Assembly (NCBI GenBank): GCA_964016885.1
Contig: OZ024747.1
Span: forward strand, 78,306,001 to 78,370,000
Direction: 5' to 3'
Source of the DNA: Eledone cirrhosa
Taxonomy: Eukaryota
DNA: 64,000 nt
Shown here: positions 26,477 to 39,002 of the stretch, piece after piece
Numbering within the stretch: the first letter of the stretch is position 1
Layout of the letters: every line of letters begins with the position of its first letter
Translations under genes and position numbers: made by a program
The notes under the pieces: generated by a model
The model's input: only the letters and a program-made list of their open reading frames with translations
Database searches by the model: none
What the model was told of the DNA's origin: nothing

Positions 26477-27250
26477 GCCGAGGTTAGCTTTGCCTTTCAT
26501 CCTTACGGGGTCGATAAAGTAAAGTACCAGTAATGTACTGGGGTAGTTGCTGGCCTTGTGCCAAAAGTAGAAACAATTATTTTAGATACCTTTAGGGTGG
26601 TGGTTTGGCAGTATCGGTAGAGCGTCAGACACCATGCTTTGCAGCATGGCCCGTTCTCAGTTCAAACGCCACCGAGGTCACCTTTGACTCTCATCCTCCC
26701 GGGGTCGATAAATAAAGTACCGGTCGACTTTCCTCTCTCTCAAAATGTCTAACCTTATTCATTATAACATTATGATTATTACGGGATTAAATTATGCCCA
26801 TTTAATGTGGCTAATGTAATCGTGTTAGTCACCCCACCATCACCACCACCAATTGCAAGTTTTCTGCCTAATTTGGAAACTATTAAAAGGGTGATGCATT
26901 GGTAGACACGTTATAACATCAATCTTTGTTAGAACTTTGCCTTTTATCCTACTGGAGTCGATAAAATAAAGTACCAGTGACGTACTGGGATCGATTTAAC
27001 CCCTCCCCCCAAATTGTTGACCTTGTGCCTAAATCAGAAACCATTATTATTATCATTAGGCGGTGGATTGGCAATATAAGTAGAGAATCGGACGCCATGC
27101 TTTGCAGCATAGAGTTACGTCCCTTTACGGCCTGAGTTCAAATCCCGCTGAGGTTAACTTTGCCTTTCATCCTTACGGGGTCGATAAAATAAAGTACCAG
27201 TAATACACTGGGATAATTGCTGGCCTTGTACCTAAAGTAGAAATAATTAT
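26477..27250 (+). mobile_element. Cluster of ~4 full or partial Nin/Deu-domain SINEs
   Basis: Same family core. Confidence 0.8.
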
Positions 27251-27626
27251 TATTGTTATTAATGTGGAACGGTGAGTGAAGTGCTATTTTCTAACAAACA
27301 TTATCAAATATGGGTGGCAGGAGCGAAATTGATACCTATATAGGGATGGCGGGGATTAGTACTTGAATATTTACCTGAGTATTATAGCCCAGAGAGGGTA
27401 AGTGTTCGAAGGAGAAGGTGGTCGGGGGTATTAGTGAGGTGGGTGGGTGTTTACCTCAATCTTCTCTCTAAGTTGTGATTGTTACTCGATCTTCATCTAC
27501 CTACCTTTCGTATTGTATATACAGTTTTAATTTGTTTTCAGATTGTATTACGTTTTTCGACCCTTCCCTATTTATTGTATAAGTACATCCAGCGTGTGTG
27601 TGTATGTGTATGTGCGTGCGTATGTA

Positions 27627-27665
<39 letters not shown>

Positions 27666-27699
27666 AAGAGAGACTGAGATGTCTCCTGTAGTTAAATAA

Positions 27700-28550
27700 A
27701 TAAGGTTGTCCCCTTTCGTTCCTGTTGTACGTACTGACTCTCGAGCCACTACTGTACACACTGAAGACGTTGAGGGGCATCTCGCGCGGAAATGTCGACG
27801 GGTCTGCAGCTCAGCACCTGGATAGCAGGTCCAAACAGCGTCGTACGGCGCTAGACAAATGGTCTGGTTAGATTGCTTGGGGGTCTATGTTGGGTCCAAA
27901 CCTCCAGGTGGAGAAAAACAAGGACCAGGTACGAGCAGGGTGGCCACTCTCACCCAGAAATGGGCCGAGAGCAAATTATCCCTGAAATGTCGGGCAGAGG
28001 TGGCGAACGCGCACATTGCGTCCGTCATCTACTACCACCTGACCGTTGTGCCTTGCTCCGGTCCACGTCTGGTTGTACTGGAGTGCCTATTTTTCCACTT
28101 TTTGTGGAAAGAACGTGTTCCAACGGTTAGACGGTCTATAAGCTGTCAACATCCGCTGCGAGGAAGACTTGGGTTGCCCTGGCTAATGATGCTCAAACAT
28201 GCGTTGAGGCTGAAAAATCTCCAGCTTTTCTTTAAAAATGAACCGGTATGGTCACCTTTCACCAGACACGCCTTTCCCCAGCTCGTCTCCTTGACGGAGC
28301 TGAAGTCCTGAGTCAGCCAGTCAGATACTGTGATTGGTGGAAACTTCATCTTTATGTTCTTTAGAGGATTAATGGCGAGGAAAAGCAACGACGTTCTAGG
28401 AGAGATCCTGGGTTTCGAAGACGAGCAACTAGTGACTAGCTACTCTCTTCCAGAAAACTTTCAGTCCATGATAACCCCCGAAATATCTGGCCTGGCAGTG
28501 CCACGGGGAGCTTTGCCAGAGATGAACTCGATAGGTATGGAAGGGCCGTC
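27700..28550 (+). mobile_element. Decayed Tx1 ORF2 fragment
   Basis: GCPLSFLLYVLTLEPL and LTQKWAESKLSLKCRAEVAN..QHPLRGRLGLPWL are homologous to the other Tx1 copies. Confidence 0.85.
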
Positions 28551-28625
28551 ATTTAATCGACTTAATCGACTTTCCCCTCTCTTTCAAATTGCTGGCTTTG
28601 TGACTAAAGTAGAAACAATTATTAT

Positions 28626-29645
28626 GGTTGATTGGCAGTATCGGTAGAGCGTCGGACAATATGCTTTATGGCATAGAGTTACGGCTCTTTACGTTCTGAG
28701 TTCAAACCCCACCGAGGTTAGCTTTGCCTTTCATCCTTACAGGGTCGATAAAATAAAGTACCAGTAATGCACTGAAGTCGATTTAATCGACTTTCCCCTC
28801 CGCCCAAAGTTGCTGGCCTTTTGCCTAAATCAGAAATCATCATCATCATCATTGTTGTTAACTTCGATAAGATCTACTCACTTCTTATTAACAAGTTAGC
28901 AGGAAATATACTTGTTGATGTACTTCACATCTCTTAGCTGTTTCTTTGAACAAGTCAAGATATCCTGTACGTCAGTAACAGACCTTTCACCCTTCTCCAC
29001 CTCCTCCCTCAGCCCCTCCCCCAGCCCCTCTCTCAGCCCTACCCGGCCCACTGCTCTACTGTGCTATACAATAGGCTTGTCTTCTCTCCACTCCTTCTGG
29101 GGATTAAAAAAAAGAAGAAAAGAAGAAAAACCTACTTTATCAGTTAATTGTATAGTTTTATGTAGCATGGCAGGTACAGGTAAAATAAAATAGTTTTATC
29201 TGGAAACAGGAGAAAATATCTGGTTATCTAAATGACTAGAAGTAATTGTTTCTACTTTTGGCACAAGGCCAGCAATTACCCAGTGCATTACTGGGACTTT
29301 ATTTTATCGACCCCGTAAGGATGAAAGGCAAAGTTAACCTCGGCAGGATTTGAACTCAGAATAGCAAGGGCCGTAACTCTATGCTAGAAAGCATGGCGTC
29401 CGACCCTCTACCGTTACTGCCAATTCACCGGTATAGAAATAATGATTTCTACTTTAGGCACAAGGCCAGTAATTTTTTTGGTGGAGGGGAAAGTCGATTA
29501 AATCAACCCCAGTACATTACTGGTACTTTATTTTATCGACCCCGTAAGGATGACAGGTAAAGCTAACCTCGGCAGGATTTGAACTCAGAACGTAAAAGGA
29601 CGTAACTCTACACTGCAAAGCTTATTGTCTGATGCTCTACCGATA
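28626..29645. mobile_element. Three SINE copies (28626-28840 +; 29243-29425 -; 29445-29645 -)
   Basis: Same family core. Confidence 0.8.
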
Positions 29646-29850
29646 CAAAGGACATTACAAAGACTGGTTACATAAAGTGTGGGGTTTACATAAAAATCGA
29701 ATGAGGAAAATAAAAAGATATATACATGGTATAACAGGCCTCCTTATAAAGGAGAACCTCCAGATGACCCCCACAGGTTCACAGGCACTCTGATCACCAC
29801 AGGTGAGTGCCTTCTTCCCATTTTCTTTCTTTGACCCACAGACTCATACT
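29645..29850 (-). mobile_element. Tx1 3'-end fragment
   Basis: Resembles 22920-23190. Confidence 0.5.
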
Positions 29851-29967
29851 GAGGATAGAACTATTCACGCTTGCAATTTTTGCTACAATCACCCATCATC
29901 ATCATCATCATCATCACCACCACCACCACCACCCCACCACCACCACCACCACCATCATCATCACCAC

Positions 29968-30023
<56 letters not shown>

Positions 30024-31589
30024 CCATCATCATTGTCATGTGGTTTGCGTTTATTGTTGTTGTTTAGTCTTGTGTTAGCCGTTATGGAGCAAACCAGTGA
30101 TCAATGATGCTCTAACCATGATCATCTAATAAGTTTTTTCAGTCATAGAGTATCTTGGATTATATCATACAATGGGTTTTGTCTTTAAAGATGGTAGGGT
30201 GTGGTTTGAGTGAAATTTGGTGGCTATTTCTAAAAGGTCAAATACCTACCTACACAGAAGCCTACTCAGAGGTTCATGAGATGCAATACCACTCCACGGT
30301 GTAGTAAGATGCTATAAATATGATCAAAACAACACCCAAAGCTCACTAAGTGATCAATTTTAAACAACATTTTAAAAATGCCATTTTATTTTTTTTCAGT
30401 CTGTGGAATTGAAGACGTTTAGGAGATACCTGGACATTAATAATGAAGTTTTTCTCATCAGTAGCTTGGCTTACTAAAGTATCAGATGCTCATGAGAATG
30501 CTTGGTTCTTCCAGTACCTTAGCTTAGCTATCACCCACAGCAATACCAAGAGTAATTTGGTTTACCTCAAACATATTTAGAAAGCAGCACCAATAACCCT
30601 GGTTCCAGTGTGTAACTGAGTGTACAGGGCTTCTTTCTGTTGTTTTCTTCTTTCTGACACTTTTTATTGATTTGCTTCTTTTGTAAATCATAAACATTAC
30701 ACAATTTAATATCCTCCATGTCGAATAAAAATATTCATTGCTTGTACAATGTCAAATTTGACAGTTGTCAAAGTAAACAAAAAATTCATTGAATTTTTTC
30801 AATCTTTCTCAATTTTTTTATTTAATGGTGACAAAATAAATACATTTAAACCTTTTGATACAAACCTGTTCGAAACTGCCTCTGGTTTGATGAAACAAAA
30901 CCATCCATTTAAAGAGACCTTATTTAAATTAAAACCTTCCAACATAATTTTATATAAGAACATTTTTATTATCTTACAAATACCATCTTAACAACTGAAA
31001 TAATTTTAGTAAATTTCTTGTAATTCTTTAGTGATTAATTTAAATACAGTTGATTTCATGGTAAACATGTTATCTCACATAATATCGAATCTACGAGATT
31101 TTGATATTATATATTTTGAGAACAATACCTTAACATCAGTATGAGCAGCCAGTTACAGCTGGTTTGAACAGAAAGAGGTAAGATAATTCTGGTCGGATAT
31201 GGCCAGTTTAAATGCTAAAGGGTTAAACAATGCTATTTGTCTTTTCACCACACAAGAAAGTCTATATTTATTTCAAATAATTTACTTGCTTTTACTCCTT
31301 GGTAAAAAAGTTAAATACTTTGCTAATATCACACTGTCTTATCTTCTAGTACACTTCATTGACACTCAAGATATACACATTCTCTATATTTTGTTAACCC
31401 TTTTTCATTACAATATTTTTAATGAAACACTGTATTTCAATGAACTAATGAGGAATTTGGAAGAATTTACTAAAATCATTAATTATTTCATTATTAAGAT
31501 GGTATTTGTAATCTTTTCTGTTCATAATCTTCATGAACCGGATTGACATGCACAACCAGGCTGGAACAGGTGCCAAGACTGATAAGTGT

Positions 31590-32140
31590 AGTATTGGTCA
31601 GATGGAATTTGCAGATGACATGGTGTTACATAACCCTTCAGAAGGTGATATCTGACTTGCACTTGATAGGTTTGATGCCAATTACTGCATGGCTGGAATG
31701 AAAATCAGTGCTGCAAAGACTGAGACACTCATCTTATCAAGGAAGCCTGTGCAATGCACTCTACATGTGAGTGGAGTTCCACTGAAGCAGATGGAGAAAT
31801 TCAAGTATTTAGGGGCCATGTTTACGAATGATGGAAGTCAGGGGGCTGGATTAAGTGCAAGAATTGCAGGAGCTGTTGTAGTAATGTGCCAGCTTCAGCA
31901 TTCGGTAATCAGAAGAAGGTAGTTAGGTGTAAAAGCCAAACTCGCTATCTTCAATTCAGTATTTGTGCCTGCAGTCATAATCTTGGGTAATGACCAAAAG
32001 AATATAATCGCAAATACAAGCTGCTGAAATGGAATTCGTTCGAATGGTCTATGGAGTAATGTTACTTGAGAGAGTGTGTAGCTCGAAGATCAGGGAGTCA
32101 CTCCAGGTAGAGCTTTCTACTTCTCCAAATTGATCTAGCA
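31590..32140 (+). mobile_element. RTE-clade (Expander/REX3-like) RT fragment
   Basis: FADD..ALDRF..GMKISAAKTETLILSRK..QMEKFKYLG..DG, with stop codons. Confidence 0.8.
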
Positions 32141-32485
32141 GGTTTTCTACTCAGAAGAGCCAAAAGAATTTCTGTAAGATATTCTGTCCTATTAATTCTA
32201 GCAATCCCCTCTCCTCTAATAAGTGGAGCAATAAACATTATCTTTGTAAAGCTCTGAATACTATAATTAACATAGCGCGTGATACTAATTATCACTAATT
32301 AAGGCACACGTGCACACACATATATATGTATACACACACACACACACACATAACAGAAATATATATATATATATATTTCAATGACTTGGTTATGTAATGC
32401 TTATATCAATGACAGTCTCCATGTAACCTCCTCAGATAAACACCCTTATTATCTGCACTATATATGTATACATAATATACGTGTG

Positions 32486-32630
<145 letters not shown>

Positions 32631-32642
32631 ATGTATGAGGCA

Positions 32643-32958
32643 CATGGCTTAGTGGTTAGAACATTGGCCTTGCAATTGAAAGGTTGTGAGTTCAATTCTC
32701 AGACCAGGTGATGTGTTGTTTCTTTGAGCAAGACACTTTATTTCACATTGCTCTAGTTTACTCAGCTGTAGAAATGAAATGATAGGGACTGGGGTCCCTA
32801 TCATTCCACTGCAAAGTGGTCGTGGAGGTGCCACGGCAAAAAAGCACCCAGCACTCACTGTAAATGAGGTTGGTGTTAGGAAGGGCATCCAGCTGTAGAA
32901 ATCAAGCCAGAATCAGTTCCCGTCCCACCCTTGCAAGCAGGGAAAAGCGGACATAAAA

Positions 32959-32990
<32 letters not shown>
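32643..32990 (+). mobile_element. Second tRNA-derived SINE family (V-domain-like core) with (ATG)n tail
   Basis: TGGCTTAGTGGTTAG..GAGTTCAATTC..TTGAGCAAGACACTT..TAGGAAGGGCATCCAGC..(ATG)n; partial relatives at ~10190, 11125-11215, 22295-22410 and 45481. Confidence 0.7.
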
Positions 32991-33485
32991 ATATATATAA
33001 AATTTCATTCCTTACAATAGATGCCACCCATGTGTGAGCGTCATTTCCTCTCCAGAAAACCAGATCTTGTGTATATAAATTTATATATATATATACACAA
33101 GACAGAATTGGAGAAAAAACCTTTGAATCGTGTTTGTGTGTGTGAAAATGACATTTGAATTTGTGTGGACTAATGCCAGTGTGTGTGTTATTGGCAATGT
33201 ATGTCGGAGGTATTGAAAATGAAGAACAGGTCAGGTCAACATCAATGGTTGCCATTGAGTTGCAGGTTTTACATCAGAGTGTTCCTTCTAGTAGAATGAA
33301 GTCCTAACTAGAAATAGGGATCTCTGATTTCCGGTGGGCTAACTGCATGCTTGAGGACCAAACTGTCTCCACGCATATACATACATACATACTTACATAC
33401 ATATATATTTACATACTTACATACATACTTACATACATACATATATACTTACATACATATATACTTACATACATACTTACATACA

Positions 33486-34063
33486 TGGTGGCTGCCAACT
33501 TGTTTTCGAGTACGGCCACTACTTTATATCCATGTAGGAGAACTCCTACTGATGGGCTGAACGAGTGTGACTTTTTAGTCCAGCCAGCGACTTGAAAACT
33601 CTGGTACAAACACTACACTTGAGACAATTACTGACACATAGTGCTGGGCCCATGGTACCATGTGATGACAAGTGCAGAGAGATCTCCAGATATAAAGCAA
33701 TGCCTGTGCCGTGAAGCTTTTATAGTGAGCAAAGGCACTGCACAAAGCCAGTCCCACTCTCTTAACCAAGATGATATTTACCAAAAAGAAGAACAAGTCA
33801 ACATCATTGGATACCATCAGAGTTGCAGGTGTTATATCAGAGTTTTCCTTCTCCTAGAATTCTGCCTTGACAAATGCTAAGGGGTCATTTTTCCAGGTGA
33901 TTTTGGATGGCCATTGACTCTTAAGAGCTCCTTTGCCCTTTGACAGGTTTTGTTTTTAGTCCTGCAGGATGTCCAAAGTCACCCTCCTCACCAAGAAACC
34001 TTGGTGGGGTTGCCAGTTTAGTCGCCAACGACCCGACCATGAGACAGGTTATACTGGGATACA
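33486..34063 (-). mobile_element. Bipartite RTE-derived non-autonomous element
   Basis: The 3' ~175 bp match RTE tail 3315-3495 and the 5' ~165 bp match 3145-3310; inserted in (TACA)n. Confidence 0.7.
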
Positions 34064-34590
34064 TGTTACATACATACATACATACTTACATACATACATA
34101 TATACTTACATACATACATATATATATATATACTTACATACATATGACTTGTTTAACCCTAGGTCAACTCCAATCGTGTCAATCTATAATCAAAAGACAT
34201 TCTAGCCATGACCATCCCACCCTTTCAAGCACAACTTACCCAAGACTACATTGGAGAAACAAATGTAAAATAAATATGATGATAGGGAGGTTCTTTCTTT
34301 CCATTTAATGGCTGAGTGTGATTTGAGAGAGATTTAGTTGCTGCTTTTATCAGGTCGAGCAACGACATTAGAGCTGGTCTCTTTGGCTCATGTTATTTAT
34401 GTTTGATCTTCATGTGTCAAAATATTTTGTTATCATCCATGAATATAAAGTGAAGTTTGAAAAGGTCAAATTTTTGTTAAACAAATAAAAGATTTTAATT
34501 GATGTAAAATTAATGTAATGCATGATACATACACACACACACATATATATATATACACATACATGCATATATATAAATACAAACATATAC

Positions 34591-34711
<121 letters not shown>

Positions 34712-35103
34712 ATATAGGCTTAAAAAATGGAATGAGAGTAAGAAGAAAGCAAGAACGGGGTGAGGGGGGTTTTTCCTTGTCAGTTGTCTCCTGGGGGTCT
34801 CAGATATTTCAACGCTTTAAAGACAATATATCTACCCTCAGAGCCTTCAAAAACCAGGTAAGTTATTGGGAAAATGGAGGAGGGAGAGAAGGAAAATAGA
34901 AGGGAAAAGGGGAAAAGGGCAAACAGCGAAAAAAAACAACAGCAAACCGAAGAATGTGCAGCAACTGAAGGGAGAATTGAAGACCACAGCGGTAACAGAA
35001 CATAAGTTCAAGAGCGTGTGATCGAACGAAAAAAGACACAACTGATATATATATATATATGTACATATATATATATATGTGCATATATACACAAAACACA
35101 CAC

Positions 35104-35148
<45 letters not shown>

Positions 35149-35164
35149 ATCATGTGTTAAAAAT

Positions 35165-35470
35165 TCTGCGCACCAGAGAGGTTCATCCCACCCCTTTAAT
35201 AGCCAATTGTACCCAGGGTTCTGTATACCAGAGAGGGTCCTCACACCCCTTCAATGACCAATTACCCCCAGGGTTCTGTACACCAAAGAGGGTCCTCACA
35301 CCCCTTCAATGACCAATTGCACCTGGGGTTCTGTACACCAGAAAGGGTCCTCACACCCCTTCAAAATACCAATTGCCCCCCCCCCCCCCGGGGTTCTGTA
35401 CAATGATACAATGATTAATTACACCAGGGTGTTCTACACACAACAGAGCGTCCTAACACAGCTTCAATGT
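35165..35470. repeat. ~55-bp degenerate minisatellite, 4-5 units
   Basis: GGGTTCTGTACACCAGAGAGGGTCCTCACACCCCTTCAATGACCAATT repeated. Confidence 0.85.
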
Positions 35471-36593
35471 TACAATGACCAAGGAGATTTGAACCTAGAT
35501 TGTCACCATTATCTAAAGTTTGTACAATGGTTAATTTATAATTTAAAAAAAAAAACAACAAATAAAAATAAAATAACAAAAACACCTGACATGTAAAGTA
35601 ATGGTTTGACCTTTTTTCTTTTCATAATATACAAACTTACATCATAACTGGAATTATTATATCTTGACGTAATGATTACAGATGATAATAATAATGCTTT
35701 CTTTATAATAATACTAATAGTAACAACAGCAATTAAAGGGAACAATATTTAGTAAATTGCCCACTTAAAATAAAGTGGTAAACATTACTGGTTTGCTCAG
35801 AACTTAACAAACAATTATTATTGACGTACTTAAATACTTACACTGGTATTTGTCACCAGCTCTTTCACCTTATATAAACTTATATTTTACCATTAAACTG
35901 TTACAATGTTATAGAACCAAACTGGAATCTTGTATCATCCCTTAATTGCTACTTAGAACCATTTTTTATTTATTTTTTTTTTTTTTACATTTTCTCTATA
36001 TGAAAGTTCAATATATCTTAACATTTCAACACTTGAAATTGTATCATCGGGTCGGTAGTCACCTGGTTAGCAGAAAGTTGTTATTTCAAGTCTTGGCAAT
36101 TTTGAGTAATGGCTCCAACACATGTTGTAAAACTGGTTCTTGTATTATCCTAGTCAGCTGTGTTTAAGTGAAACTATGACACCGAGATAGTGAGCTAGCC
36201 AAATGAATGCTTAACCTTTTTGATACCATATCTCTAATGAAAGATACTGTCTGTAGATTTCAGTTAATTTGGAATTTAAATAAAAAATGTGAAAGAAATG
36301 AATAAATTAACTACCTTTTTTGTTATTAAACTGATGTGTGAAATGTTATTGTTGGATTATGAGTCATGATAGGGTGTAATGATGTTAGATTAGTTGTAGG
36401 GATCAAACAATAGGTGCTCTGTCATGGTGATTTCAAAGGGACAGGTTGAGTTTCTAGGGTCTCGTGTGACACTCTAATTTCTGGCCAGAGTTTAAGTACG
36501 ATTCTTGGGTTATGGAAATAAATAAGATAGACAACAAACGAAGACCAGCCAATGTCAGTGGTCTTGCATTTTCCACCACAATTATTTAACAAA

Positions 36594-36780
36594 GGGTGGT
36601 GGATTGGCAGTATCGGTAGAGGGTCGGACGCCATGCTTTCCAGCATAGTTACGTCCCTTTATGATCTGAGTTCAAATCCCGCCGAGGTTGACTTTGCCTT
36701 TCATCCTTACGGGGTTGATGAAATAAAGTACCAGTAACGCACTGGGTAATTGCTGGCCTTGTGCCTAAAGTAGAAACAAT
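36594..36780 (+). mobile_element. Nin/Deu-domain SINE with ~16-bp TSD
   Basis: Flanked by ACAATTATTTAACAAA. Confidence 0.85.
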
Positions 36781-37234
36781 TATTTAACAAAAGAATTCTT
36801 ACATAAAATTATGTTGGAAGGTTTTAATATAAGTATGAACACTGTAAAGCATTTGTATGATAGAACCCATGGCAGTTTCAGGCAGGTTGGTATCAAAAGT
36901 GTTTAGATCAATGACTAACTATTCAACACTGAGTTGAATCTGCTCTCTGTCTGTGTCTTTCTGTCTGTCTATCTGTCAGTCAGTCTGTCTGTCTGTCTAT
37001 CTGTCAGTCTGTCTGGCTGTCTGTCTGTCTATCTGTCAGTCTGTCTGTCTGTCTGTCCATCAGTCTGTCTGAGGATAGTAGACGTGTTTCATATCGGCTC
37101 TGCGATTTAGAATTTTTACCTGGAATATTTGTGAGTGAATTATTTGAATTGTTTTTTATTATTCACTCTAACCCCTAGTCTGGGACTATAGACGTAGGGT
37201 AAATATAGACGTAGGAAAAATATTTAATTCAGAA

Positions 37235-38979
37235 ATGTTTATTGATATCGTCGAAAACGATATCGCCATATTGGAAGCGAACGCCACGCCTACCAAAAAA
37301 ATAAGCGGGAAAGAGGGAACAACAGTTCAAACTGTTGAACAGCCCCTCCTCTCCAATGAAAAAAAAGAAGAATATTAATTCAAATGAAAAACTTAATTTT
37401 GAAGGAAAAAATAATACCACAAATAATGAAACCAACAACATTACAACAACAAACAAAGACAACAAAATTTCTTTTGCCCAAACACTCAGGAAAGCTACGG
37501 AATACAAGCCCATAGATATCACGAACGCTAAGCAAAATTTGCTAGAGGCTAGAAAATACGTATCTTTTGGGGAGGATGGTTCTTTTACGATCAACTCCCC
37601 AGAAGAAGTGCATCAACAGGTATATAGGAATACCGTAACTTACAGGACTATAACCAACGCAACAAGAAAGCCAGCTCAATTGACAGAAAGTCAAATTGAG
37701 CTGGTTCTGAAAGACATTAAAAAGGACATACTCTTTATTCAAAGAGGAAAGCTGTATGCCAGCATTATGGTCCGAATGAAGGACGAAATGCTGGCTCAAA
37801 AATATTCGGTGGCACCTATAGTGTCACCACAATACACCTTCTTCCCCACATATAAAGGAAGAAGAACACAAAGAATAAGAATGTGGAGCCCAACGCCAGA
37901 AATTAACATCTGGTCCGTCCTAACAGGATTTACGGACCTAGAAAAGGACATACTTATTTCAGCAGGGGAGTCCACCAGTGGACTGTTCGGGGGGGGGGGG
38001 GGGGGGGAAGTCTGGAGGTTCTCTTACAGATGACACCTGAGAGATCTCCGGAATACCCGACCGAGTCCTACTGGATGGGCGAACCTTCATAAATATCACA
38101 GTGGAAGGCAGGAGACCCTCATGTTACCACTGCGCTGGCAGAGGTCACCTGAACAAAAAAAAACCACTGCTACAAACACCACAACAACAACAAAAACAAC
38201 CAGCACCACCATCACAAAAACAACAAAATACACTACCATCACCACCACAACGACAACAAAAACCAACAACACCACCACCACCACCACAACAACAACAACA
38301 TCAACAACAGCTCAAGAAAACGACCCAAAACACGGTCCCACCCAGCCCCACCCCACAGAACACAAATACAAAAACAGACGCAGTTCATACACAACCCGAA
38401 GATATACCCCTCCCCTCCAATACGGAAGAGGAGCTCATATCGTCGGAAGACGAGGGGGCTCCCTTCCAAAAAGTGAAAAGAAAAAAACGTACACACACCA
38501 CACAAACAAAAATAACCCCACCTGACAACACAACACAGACAATAAAACGCAAACTCACTCAAGAACAACAAGCAAAAACAAACACAACAACACAAAAACT
38601 CTACACATACATAAACAAAAACAATAAAAACCTAACTGAAAAAATAGAAAACAACCCTTCGATACAAACCGAAGGGCCGAATTTCGTAATGGCAATGGGA
38701 CTCCCTAACCTGAAAATGGTGAAAATCCCACTTGACATTTTCAAAACTTTGAAAGACATTTATCCTGAGGACGTGGGCCCACCCTGCACCAGGCCACTCA
38801 ACTGCATCCTCCTGAAAGGTTTTCCCCTCCCCTCCTCAAACACCCACACAACTCCAAAGATCCCAACCCCTCCACACACTAATACCCCCACACCACCACA
38901 AACCACCACCCCACCCATCAACCCCTCCACCAGCCCCATGGAAACTGAGCGGCCCGAACCCCGGGACGCAGAGAGGTAA
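37235..38979 (+). pseudogene. Tx1-like ORF1 (gag-like, zinc knuckle), frameshifted
   Basis: EGRRPSCYHCAGRGHL knuckle and a P/T/Q-rich C-terminus; frame breaks fall near homopolymer runs (A-run ~37360, G-run ~37990-38007). Confidence 0.7.
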
Positions 38980-39002
38980 GTGCCTCTTTCTTTGCCACCA
39001 AC

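Noticed and set aside
29803-30107. Poly-His/poly-Ser ORFs; likewise poly-Lys/Ser at 60047-60261
   Set aside because: (CAT)n, (CAC)n and (TTC)n microsatellites.
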